Below are positions 46,365 through 55,900 of a stretch of 64,000 bases of DNA, piece after piece (positions within the stretch are counted from its first letter, which is position 1; the number at the start of each line of letters is the position of its first letter). The notes beneath the pieces are model-generated. The model did not search any database. It had not been told where the DNA came from and saw nothing but the letters and a program-made list of their open reading frames with translations. Source of the stretch: Candidatus Omnitrophota bacterium (GTDB taxonomy: Bacteria > Omnitrophota > Gorgyraeia > 2-01-FULL-45-10). The translations under genes and the position numbers were made by a program. Location: assembly GCA_026387175.1 (NCBI GenBank), contig JAPLME010000007.1, positions 128,487 through 192,486 of the forward strand, in the 5' to 3' direction.

Positions 46365-48840
46365 GGCTCACAGGGACATCCCAAATATCTTTGGCATATT
46401 CCCTGATCGCTCTATCGGATGAGAACTTTCCGCTCCTGGCAACGTTTGTAATGGATTTCTTCGTCCAATCCGTGCCATCCAGGTAAGCCTTCGATACCGT
46501 ATCCTGCATATGACAATAAGCTTCAAAATCCGCGCAGATTAAGAAGTAATCCGTATACATCAGATTCTGCACGATCGGATCGAATAGCCCGAATTCAGAT
46601 TGCGACAGGAAGTTCGACTGTATGAGCTGTAGTATATCCTGCAGCATCTGGGATCGTGCGATATATTCCTGCGGATTATAACCGCGGGATCTTATATCCT
46701 GGATCTCTGCAGTCTTAAGGCCGAAGAGGAATATGTTATCCTCACCCACCTCTTCAGCTATCTCAATATTAGCTCCATCATGTGTTCCTATGGTAAGGGC
46801 GCCGTTTACCATGAATTTCATGCAGCCGGTGCCAGATGCCTCTGTGCCCGCGGTCGATATCTGCTCGGAAAGATCGCTTGCGGGAAATATCTTTTCCGCG
46901 AGAGAGACTCTGTAGTTTTCCAGAAAGACCACTTTCATCATATCTCCTACCGCCTTGTCTTTATTTACAACGGCGGCAAGCGAATTTATGAATTTTATTA
47001 TCAGCTTCGCCATGAAATATCCCGGCGCGGCCTTGCCGCTGAATATAAATGTCCTGGGGAGCGTAACCGATTTCGGATTATTTTTGATCTTAAGGTATTG
47101 CGAGATTATGTATAAACTGAGCAGTAATTGCCTCTTATATTCGTGCAATCTCTTTATCTGTACGTCCAGCAGAGAATCTGTATTTATAGCTATGCCCATC
47201 GTCTTATAAATATACTCGGCAAGGCTCTTTTTATTATCAAGCTTTACCTGGTGCCATTTCTGCCTGAATAAAGCATCGTCTTTGTAAGGCAGGATACGTT
47301 TCAGCTGATATAGATCGCTTACCCAGCCATCGCCGATGGCGTCCGTTATCAGCTCCGAAAGCTTCGGGTTAGCCTTCTGCAGCCATCTTCGCTGCGTTAT
47401 ACCGTTGGTCTTATTATTAAATTTTTCAGGAAAGAATTCGTAGAAATCCTTAAAGAGCTTCGTCTTCAGCAGCTCCGTATGCAGTTCCGACACTCCGTTC
47501 ACGGAATGGCTTCCTATGACGCAGAGATTACCCATCCTCACCTTCCTGGTATCCCCCTCTTCAATTATCGACATGCGCCGCAAGCGGTCGTTATCGCCCG
47601 GGAATTTTATCGCTACATCCTGCAGGAAACGGGCATTTATCTCGTATATTATCTGCAGGTGGCGCGGCAAAAGCGTCTCAAGCAAGCTTACCGGCCAACA
47701 TTCGAGAGCCTCCGGCATTATAGTATGGTTAGTATAGGCGAACGTTCTTACCGTTATATCCCAGGCTTTATCCCAGTCTATGGATTCTTCATCGATAAGT
47801 TTTCTCATCAGTTCCGGTATCGCGATGGCGGGATGAGTATCATTCAATTGAATCGCCGCTTTCTCCGGGAACTTCAAAAGGTCGGAATTCTCCATCTTGA
47901 ACCTGCGCAGGATATCGGCAAGGGACGCCGCCGTGAAAAGGTATTCCTGTTTTAACCTGAGCTCCCTGCCCTGGCTCACGTTATCATTAGGATATAGCAC
48001 CTTAGTGATATTTTCGGTCAGCATCTTATTATAGACGGCCCGTTCATAGTCTCCGTCGTTAAAATAGCTGAGATCAAAATCCTCGCTGGCTATCGCTGAC
48101 CATAGACGGAGCGTATTCACTATATTGTTTTTATATCCGACGACGGGAACATCATAAGGCATCGCGAGAATATCATCGGTATCCACCCAATTAACCCGGG
48201 CCTTTCCGTTCTCATCGCGTGAGGTATGGGTGTGGCCGTTAAAACGGACCTTTATAGTGTATTCAGGCCGGCGGAATTCCCAGGGATTTCCCAGCTTCAG
48301 CCACTCATCTGGATATTCTACCTGATAACCGTTCAGTATCTTCTGATTGAATATGCCGTATTCGTACCTTATGCCGTAACCATGCGACGGTATCGCAAGA
48401 GTGGCCATTGAGTCAAGGAAGCACGCTGCCAATCGTCCTAAGCCGCCGTTGCCGAGGCCGGCGTCCGATTCGCATTCCCGCAGCTCCTCCAGATCGAGGC
48501 CCATATCATTCATCGCCCGCTCGGTCTGATCGAACAGGCCAAGGTTCAGCGTGTTTGTGCCGAGAAGCCTTCCGATAAGGAATTCCAGCGAAAAATAGTA
48601 TACCCTCTTTACATTCTGGTCGTGGTACCTCTGCTGTGTAAGTATCCAGCGCTCAACTATCCTGTCCCTTACCGCCAGAGAAAGCGCGAGATAATCATCA
48701 TGCATAGTAGCGGTGTACTTATCTTTTGCCAGCGTATATTCACGATTGGCCACAAAGGATAACTTCACTCCATCGCTCGTCATATCCTTATATAGCTTAT
48801 TTTCTTCGATTATCTTTGCATTCGTCTTACTCTTTCTCAT
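46345..48840 (-). CDS. glgP: glycogen phosphorylase
   Basis: GNGGLGRLAACF, NDTHP, KRLHEYKRQ, EASGTGCMK. Confidence 0.97.
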   Translation of the reverse strand: MRKSKTNAKIIEENKLYKDMTSDGVKLSFVANREYTLAKDKYTATMHDDYLALSLAVRDRIVERWILTQQRYHDQNVKRVYYFSLEFLIGRLLGTNTLNLGLFDQTERAMNDMGLDLEELRECESDAGLGNGGLGRLAACFLDSMATLAIPSHGYGIRYEYGIFNQKILNGYQVEYPDEWLKLGNPWEFRRPEYTIKVRFNGHTHTSRDENGKARVNWVDTDDILAMPYDVPVVGYKNNIVNTLRLWSAIASEDFDLSYFNDGDYERAVYNKMLTENITKVLYPNDNVSQGRELRLKQEYLFTAASLADILRRFKMENSDLLKFPEKAAIQLNDTHPAIAIPELMRKLIDEESIDWDKAWDITVRTFAYTNHTIMPEALECWPVSLLETLLPRHLQIIYEINARFLQDVAIKFPGDNDRLRRMSIIEEGDTRKVRMGNLCVIGSHSVNGVSELHTELLKTKLFKDFYEFFPEKFNNKTNGITQRRWLQKANPKLSELITDAIGDGWVSDLYQLKRILPYKDDALFRQKWHQVKLDNKKSLAEYIYKTMGIAINTDSLLDVQIKRLHEYKRQLLLSLYIISQYLKIKNNPKSVTLPRTFIFSGKAAPGYFMAKLIIKFINSLAAVVNKDKAVGDMMKVVFLENYRVSLAEKIFPASDLSEQISTAGTEASGTGCMKFMVNGALTIGTHDGANIEIAEEVGEDNIFLFGLKTAEIQDIRSRGYNPQEYIARSQMLQDILQLIQSNFLSQSEFGLFDPIVQNLMYTDYFLICADFEAYCHMQDTVSKAYLDGTDWTKKSITNVARSGKFSSDRAIREYAKDIWDVPVSLKPTLA

Positions 48841-48848
48841 ATACTTCC

Positions 48849-50036
48849 TTATGATTTTTGTGAAAGATAGGCCATAGTCGCATGACGGATAGAATCGCTT
48901 CCGAATTTTTTTGTTATCTTGTCGATAGCTATGTGGACGCTCTCCTGTCTCTCGTCGTCCTTTTCACTGAAAAGCGTCTTATCGCTTCCATAAGTCATAT
49001 TTGACGCCCTGACACCGACAAGCCTCAAGCGCTTACCGGACCTATCGAAATTATTATATAAGGCTTTTATCTCTTTGTAAAGAGTATCGGCAAAATTAGT
49101 AGCTTGCGCTAATGTTAAGGACCGGGTGTAAGTCTTAAAACCTTCCAGCCTTATTTTCATGGTAACTGTCCTGCATTTAACCCTGCTGTCGCGCATACGA
49201 GCGGAGACGCTTTCGCATAGCGACATCAAGGCGCCTTCTATTATTTTTTCATTCAATGTATCTTCGCTGAACGTAGTCTCGCTGCTTATCGACTTGGCAA
49301 TGGACTCCGGCTCGACATCCCTCTCATCGATTCCATTCGCAAGCTCCCAGTAATATAAGCCGTTCCTGCCGAATCGACGCTCGAGCTCTTCGGGATCACT
49401 ATCCGCAAGCTCGCCTATAGTCTTTATCCCTATTTTATTGAGTACCTCCTCGGTTTTGCCGCCAAGGCCCCAGATACGTCGTATGTCAAGCGGCCGAAGA
49501 AAGTCCAGAAGGCCCTCTTTGGTAATCTCGACCATGCCATCCGGCTTTTTCAAGTCAGATGCGATCTTCGCGGCCATCTTTGTAGGCGCAAGCCCGACCG
49601 ACGCGGTGAGCCCGGTCTCTTTCTTAATCTTGTATTTTATCTTAAGGCAGGTTTCCAGGGGTGTGAGGCCGAAAAGATGGTAGCTTCCCGATATATCCAG
49701 AAAGGCTTCATCGATACTTGTAGCTTCGACATCAGGCGTGAAAGAATAGAATATCTCGCGTATCTGGTGCGAAAGATCCTGATATTTCTCCATATCCACC
49801 GGCAGGAATATCGCTTTAGGGCACATGCGATAAGCGGTAGATATAGGCATAGCGGAATGTATCCCGAACTTCCTTGCCTCATATGAGCAGGCGGCGACTA
49901 CGCCGCGCCCTTTACCGCTTTTTGGATCAGAGCCGACGATAACAGGCTTGGAACGATATTCAGGATTATCCCGCTGTTCTACAGCGGCGAAGAAAGCGTC
50001 CATATCCACATGGACGATGTAACGCCTTTTTCCCAT
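48849..50036 (-). CDS. dinB: DNA polymerase IV
   Basis: HVDMDAFFAAVE, SYEAR, SIDEA, AKIASD..KPDG. Confidence 0.96.
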   Translation of the reverse strand: MGKRRYIVHVDMDAFFAAVEQRDNPEYRSKPVIVGSDPKSGKGRGVVAACSYEARKFGIHSAMPISTAYRMCPKAIFLPVDMEKYQDLSHQIREIFYSFTPDVEATSIDEAFLDISGSYHLFGLTPLETCLKIKYKIKKETGLTASVGLAPTKMAAKIASDLKKPDGMVEITKEGLLDFLRPLDIRRIWGLGGKTEEVLNKIGIKTIGELADSDPEELERRFGRNGLYYWELANGIDERDVEPESIAKSISSETTFSEDTLNEKIIEGALMSLCESVSARMRDSRVKCRTVTMKIRLEGFKTYTRSLTLAQATNFADTLYKEIKALYNNFDRSGKRLRLVGVRASNMTYGSDKTLFSEKDDERQESVHIAIDKITKKFGSDSIRHATMAYLSQKS

Positions 50037-50063
50037 TAACGCTCGATTCTTTTGACAGCTATT

Positions 50064-50474
50064 TTATTTCGCCTTTAATGACACTAAAGCTTTTTCATTG
50101 TTGCCGGTAGCGAGTATTATCCTTGCGGGACATCCTCCCGGGCACGCCGTTCCGTACATATATTTTATGTCGATCTTCTCCGCGGCTAATTTAGCAGTGA
50201 TGCCCTTAAGCGCTCCGGGCTTATTCTCGAGGTCGACCTCTATAACCTCGTGCTCCTTCGTCTTATTATATCCGGCTTTTTCAAGCGCTTCTTTCGCGCG
50301 AAGAGTATCGGACACTACAAACATTAATTTAGCTTCATTTCCTATTTCATATCCCGCAACACCCTCTATATTTATGCCATGATCGGCCAGGATCCTCGAC
50401 ATAGCGGCCAGAAGACCCACCTTATTCTCGACCGTTACGACTATCTCCTTCGCCAGGTTTACATCTCTTACCAT
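50064..50474 (-). CDS. tandem ACT domain protein
   Basis: ENKVGLL....L...GINI; ENKPGAL....L....IDI. Confidence 0.88.
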   Translation of the reverse strand: MVRDVNLAKEIVVTVENKVGLLAAMSRILADHGINIEGVAGYEIGNEAKLMFVVSDTLRAKEALEKAGYNKTKEHEVIEVDLENKPGALKGITAKLAAEKIDIKYMYGTACPGGCPARIILATGNNEKALVSLKAK

Positions 50475-50586
50475 GTTTCCCCTTTCTGCCTGCCGTCCTA
50501 CCCGCGCAAATTGAACGGGCGTAAGCGGGCTTTGGCTTTTAACGCATCATACCACGCGGGCCTTTATTATACAATCAGCCCCGGAT

Positions 50587-51207
50587 CTATTTCGCGTTTG
50601 CGATCAGTTCTTTTATAGAGCGTTCTATGAGCGCGAACTCTTTTTTATCGAGCGAGCTTTTTTTAAATATGCTCCCGCCGAAAGCGACTGCACCGGCGCC
50701 CGAGGCAAAATAGGCCTTTATATTTTCCGCACTTACACCGCCGCATGCGAGAAGCTCTATATCGTTGAACGGCCCTTTTATCTCTTTTATGTATGAGGGG
50801 CCAAACATGGCCGCAGGAAAGACCTTTACCATCGTCGCGCCCAGGCGCCAGGCATTACATATCTCTTGAGGTGTTAACGCTCCCGGAAAGACGGGTATCA
50901 CGTGCTTTACGCAATATTCGATAACATCTTCAACAAGTGTTGGAGAGACTATAAATGTTGCGCCCGCGTCGAGCGCAAGTTTGAGAGCGTCCATATTTAG
51001 GACCGTGCCCGCGCCTATCATGAGCCGGCCCTTCGCCGCCTTGACGGAACGTTTTATCAGAGAGTCTGCGGAATCCGAATTCATCGCGATCTCGATAGTC
51101 TCAAGTCCCGATGAAACGATCGCCTCGGTGAGCTCCTCTATCGGAACTGCTCCCGAACATCTGAGGATACCTAATATCGGAAGCCTTTTAAAACGGCCCA
51201 CATCCAT
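50587..51207 (-). CDS. eda: KDPG/KHG aldolase
   Basis: GILR, IGAGTV, FIVSP, PGALTPQEI, VKVFPA. Confidence 0.93.
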   Translation of the reverse strand: MDVGRFKRLPILGILRCSGAVPIEELTEAIVSSGLETIEIAMNSDSADSLIKRSVKAAKGRLMIGAGTVLNMDALKLALDAGATFIVSPTLVEDVIEYCVKHVIPVFPGALTPQEICNAWRLGATMVKVFPAAMFGPSYIKEIKGPFNDIELLACGGVSAENIKAYFASGAGAVAFGGSIFKKSSLDKKEFALIERSIKELIANAK

Positions 51208-51209
51208 CT

Positions 51210-52160
51210 TTAGTCAAGGTCCTTGCCTTTTATGCTATCGTAAAACTCCCTGTAATTCTCTTTATTATGGCTTGCGCGAAGCTCCATCGCGGCCTTCGGG
51301 TGCTCATCCAGCATCCCGGTTATGGCGTACGGAATGATATAGCCCCATTCCATCTTCTCCCTTAGCGGTATAAACTCTTTTGATATAAGGTCCAGTATGG
51401 GGCGTATATCATACTTAGGGTTCTTCAGGAAACCTATTAACAGTTCGAGCGGACAATTTCCGGCAGCGCGGCCAAGTCCGTATACCGTACCGTCTACAAA
51501 ATTCACGCCGTGTATTATCGCTTCGATTGTATTCGCGAATCCCAATTGCTGGTTATTGTGGGCATGTATACCTATCTCCTTGGTCTTTATTATCTTCATC
51601 GCTTTCTTAACAAGGAATTCCGTCGTCTCCTGATACAGGGACCCGAAACTATCGACGATATAGATAACATCCGCTTTCGATTCGTTTTCCAGCTGCTCGA
51701 GCGCCTCGGTGATCTCGTTATCGAGCGCGCGCGATATGGCCATTATATTTACAGTCGTCTCGTAACCTTTATTCGCAAACTGGTTTACGAGATGTATGGC
51801 CTTATCGATATCTTTAACGTACGACGCGACCCTTACCATGTCTATGGGTGAATCCTTTTTAGGTTTAATATCGTCGATATCCACCCTGCCGACATCGACC
51901 ATCACCGAGAGCTTCATCTTGGAAGGTATGCCATCTATGATGTCCCTGACCGCATCGTCATCACAGAACTTCCACTTGCCGAACTTTGCTCCGGGAAAGA
52001 GTTTCTTCGAGTTCTTATATCCTATCTCCATGTAATCCACGCCCGCTTCCGAAAGAGCACGATATATTGCCCTCACGAAATGATCGCTGAAATCATGGTC
52101 GTTAATAAGTCCTCCGTCCCGTATGGTGCAATCGAATACTTTTATCTTCTCCCTGAACAT
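51210..52160 (-). CDS. DRE-TIM (HMGL-like) aldolase-catalytic-domain protein
   Basis: DCTIRDGG, DSFGS, HAHNN, GRAAGN. Confidence 0.88.
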   Translation of the reverse strand: MFREKIKVFDCTIRDGGLINDHDFSDHFVRAIYRALSEAGVDYMEIGYKNSKKLFPGAKFGKWKFCDDDAVRDIIDGIPSKMKLSVMVDVGRVDIDDIKPKKDSPIDMVRVASYVKDIDKAIHLVNQFANKGYETTVNIMAISRALDNEITEALEQLENESKADVIYIVDSFGSLYQETTEFLVKKAMKIIKTKEIGIHAHNNQQLGFANTIEAIIHGVNFVDGTVYGLGRAAGNCPLELLIGFLKNPKYDIRPILDLISKEFIPLREKMEWGYIIPYAITGMLDEHPKAAMELRASHNKENYREFYDSIKGKDLD

Positions 52161-52190
52161 TACGCCTCCCTTTGGTGTATGAACCGCCTA

Positions 52191-52646
52191 TTATCGTCCT
52201 GCGTTTTTCGGTTGATTTTTTTCAGCGACCTTTCCCTGTCCGCTTAAAAGTATATCGATAAATTTCGTGGACGGCTCGCGCAGTATCCTGTCATTGGAAT
52301 AAGCCGAGAAGACGTTGAGAGCCTTAAGGTAATCTACCCCCATCACATCTATGTCTATTTTATATTTGTTTCGAACCTCTTCTAAATATTCGGTTATAAA
52401 TTTTTCTTTTTGTTTTTCGGTCAACATATACCACTCGCGCATGGTGACCCTGGAGCCGTCCCATCTGGCTTTTTCTTTCGGAAAGAAAAATACCTCGGGG
52501 GCATTATTCGGATTGTATGAGTATATGCTTTCAAGCGGCATAATAGACGAGCCGGTATCCTGGTCCTCCGACTCTCCCGCATGCGCGAAGTTGCAGAGTA
52601 CTAAGGCTACTATTGAAGTAACAAAAACCGTAGATAACTTTTTCAT
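52191..52646 (-). CDS. hypothetical exported protein
   Basis: Signal peptide ending in AHA. Confidence 0.7.
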   Translation of the reverse strand: MKKLSTVFVTSIVALVLCNFAHAGESEDQDTGSSIMPLESIYSYNPNNAPEVFFFPKEKARWDGSRVTMREWYMLTEKQKEKFITEYLEEVRNKYKIDIDVMGVDYLKALNVFSAYSNDRILREPSTKFIDILLSGQGKVAEKNQPKNAGR

Positions 52647-52669
52647 AGAATATTACCGCCCCTCACGTC

Positions 52670-52942
52670 CTATTGTCGGCAATAGGGGCATCCAGGGTAT
52701 TCTGCCCCACTGGCTATAACCTCTCTTATATTGACACATGCGAACATGCTTCCGGAAACAGACTGTTGAAGCCCGTGCCTTGCCACGTATACGCTGCAAT
52801 TGTAAGTACCGTCCGCGCGTTTTGTAAGATTAGCGCACGGGTCGCTCGTAGAAGCTCCGCAGCACTCACCGCACCTTTTGCAGAGAGCTTCATACGCTTC
52901 ATTCTGATATTCAAGCTTCTTAAAGTAAGCCAGGTCATCCAT
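52670..52942 (-). CDS. YkgJ-like cysteine cluster protein
   Basis: CKRCGECC, C..L, C.VY..R, C, CPY. Confidence 0.78.
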   Translation of the reverse strand: MDDLAYFKKLEYQNEAYEALCKRCGECCGASTSDPCANLTKRADGTYNCSVYVARHGLQQSVSGSMFACVNIREVIASGAEYPGCPYCRQ

Positions 52943-52994
52943 AATAAATTATGATTATATCACTAAGGCGGAGTTGGGGTCAAGCTGCTGAATA

Positions 52995-55900
52995 TTATGC
53001 GGCGGTTATAACCGCTTTGGCATGCTCGTATATCTGTCTTAATTCTTCCGCGTCTATAGGTGTAATCGGCAGGAGTTTTATCAGTTTCTTTAAGGAGGCG
53101 ATTATCTTATTAATATCGCCTGTTGCGAGGGCAATAATATCGTCCGAGGTAAGGTTAAAATTCTTCAGGTCGTTTGCATCACATACGTTTTTCAACTCTT
53201 CCAGTATCTCCAGCTGTATCTTGTCTTTGAAAGCTTGATCTCTGGTTATATCGATTCCCTTCTCCTTTATCTCTTGCGCAATATCCATCATCTTTAATCC
53301 CAGTATGGTTGCCCTTATTAGTCCCGCGGGATCGTTCTGCAGGCCTATGGGAGAAAGAATAGTATCCTCAGTCTTTACATTGAGATTTCCAAGCCTTGAA
53401 CGAATAGCGGCCTGGTCGAGCTCTTCGCCTTTAAGAGCCGGGAACAAGGTAATGGTATTTTCCCTCGTCCGTTTAAAGTCTTTCGGTAGAGGCTTCTTTT
53501 CTAAGCCGTATCTCTGATATATGCTTTCGCTCACCTCTCCCGTGCCTGACATGTAGTAGAATTCCACATGCCCATTGGGTGCTTTTTGGAATATCGTGAG
53601 GAAGTTTTTGATATTATCCGTGTTTATGGATTCGACAGCCTCTATAGGAACTCTCACTAGAATATTTTGTTTATCGTCACTGAGCAAGTCCTTAATAAAT
53701 ATTTTGTTTTTATCAATGTAGGTGCTTTGATCTTTAGCTGTAACCGTCCTCCCCTCCTTTGAACTATTAGTTATATTACCTAGTGGCGCTGCAGGGGGCA
53801 ATAACCTAACGATTAAGTGATTGCCTTTAATTGTTATAGGCAATCCATGAATATCTTCTGTTCTCTCTAGCTTTTCAACAAGAGATTTGAATAAATCCTC
53901 GCGCTGTTCTTTTGGTATGCTCTCAACATCTGTATCTACTATGAACATATCTGCTTCCGAACTTTGCTTAAAATAATTTTCAGCGGCCAAAGCGATAAAT
54001 TTGAAGAGCTTGGCTACCGGTACGTATGAATAGCCTCCTGCGTTGCCTTTGGTTATGCCAAAAAATAAAGACGTCTCTCTTACTTCAATACGGCTATTCC
54101 AATTATGGTAGAATGATTTTCGCGTTTCTTCAGGCAGTATTTTTTCTATCTCTTGTTTTAATCGCCCAAATTCGTCATCGAACAATTCCGCCCCATATCC
54201 TTTTCTTGCCAATTTCCTTAATCGATATTCATAATATCTTTCTTCTTCATCTAATTGTTCTATTTTCTCGCGGTCAGCAAATTCCAAAACATCTCTTAAA
54301 ACCGACGGAACCAAATTATTTCGGGTACCCTCATCAGTACCAGTGCCATATCCTGCCATATCCATGGCATTAACTATGCAAAGAATCTTCAGAAATTCAT
54401 CAGGGAAGCCTTTCAATAGACGCGGGACCTTCTTCCCCCTGATAATGTTCCCCAGAGTGTCGTGATGGGTTATTATCCTGCCCACTTCGTCGATAATGTT
54501 TTCTGACGCTACTTCGTCTTTTAATGCTTGAAGCGCCAATTTTGCGCCACGGATAGGATGGTCGGCGTCGCTGACATTTTCTTCCGTATATCCGATATCG
54601 TGCAATATGACGGCCATTATTAAAGCATCTTTCTGCCCGTCTGCCAGCATAGAATAGAAGCCGTATAATTTTTTAATACCCCCGGCATATTCTATTCTGC
54701 TTTCTTTATCCGCCAATTCGAATTTCTTTCCTTTGGTGCGATCGCACAATGTAGCATAGAAATAATCAAAATCCTTATTAATCAATCGGTTAAGGCATTG
54801 GATAACCATCAAAACATGCTCCAATTTATACGGCACGGGCCCCTGGGAATAATCGATCTCCGGAAAAACTTTTGCGATATGCTCTCTGAGTCCTGAAACA
54901 CTTATGGCCTTATTATCTTTTATGTACTTAACCAAAAGATCCAGCTGAATTTTGCGAGATGCATCATTTTTAAACGCTCCATCCGCTGAGGGTCTTGCCT
55001 GAGGCGAGATTGCCATGGTTATTTGTTCAATAAGGCTTTTGCGAATTTCTTTAATGTTGTCGGGGTGCCGCCTTCCCTCCTCAACCCATTTCTTCCACTG
55101 ATCAACATGCTCCAGAAGGATTCTGATCACAGCTTCCTTGAGCTTTTCATCGAGTGGTACCGATGGCTTGATTATGTTCCTGTTTTGATGAAGACTGTAA
55201 ATCATTAATCGGACCCGGTAAGGATCCGTCTCATTAAATACCACCCTGAATATTCCCAAGGCAGATTTCATTTTCTTAAATTTCTCCGCATAGTTTTGTA
55301 TGAGTGCGGTTTCATCAAATCTACTATTCTCAAAGGTGGGTGATAGATTACAAAGAATACCATCGCTAATTCCTTTATAAATAGCGATGAAATCCAGATC
55401 GCTTTTTTTAATTTGTTTGTTTAATTCCTTAAGAACATCGTCCTTAAAAGGGTTAAAAAAATTATAGGGCGATTTTGAAACTACAATTTCTTTTCCCTTT
55501 GAATCCCGGTTATAATATTGCTGCGCAATAAACATATGATTTCGCCAAATCAAAAACTGCGAACGGAAATTATCAGAGCTTTCAAATTTTGGATGGGAAA
55601 GAAAAACATCGGAAATCATGGCTTTTTTCAAGCCGCTAAGCCAATATCTGTAGCCGATGTCATTTTCGTCTGAAAACATAAAGAGCCTGGTATCAAATCC
55701 GCCGATAAGTCGGAACATGTCTGCTCTCACCAATTGAGCCGTTCCCATCATCGTAGGCTCTTTATAATAAAGATTGGGCGCGGCTTTCACTAGAGACTCT
55801 CCACTTCCTTCTAAAAGCGTTTTAATAAATTTCGATGTGTACTCTTCTGCTCTTTGCCGTTGTTCGGGCAAAAGATCGCCATCGATGGGAACCTTCTCAT

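Noticed and set aside
50480-50570. c-di-GMP-I riboswitch upstream of the ACT gene
   Set aside because: Only an AAAGCC fragment matches; the GCAAA-P2-GNRA core is missing.
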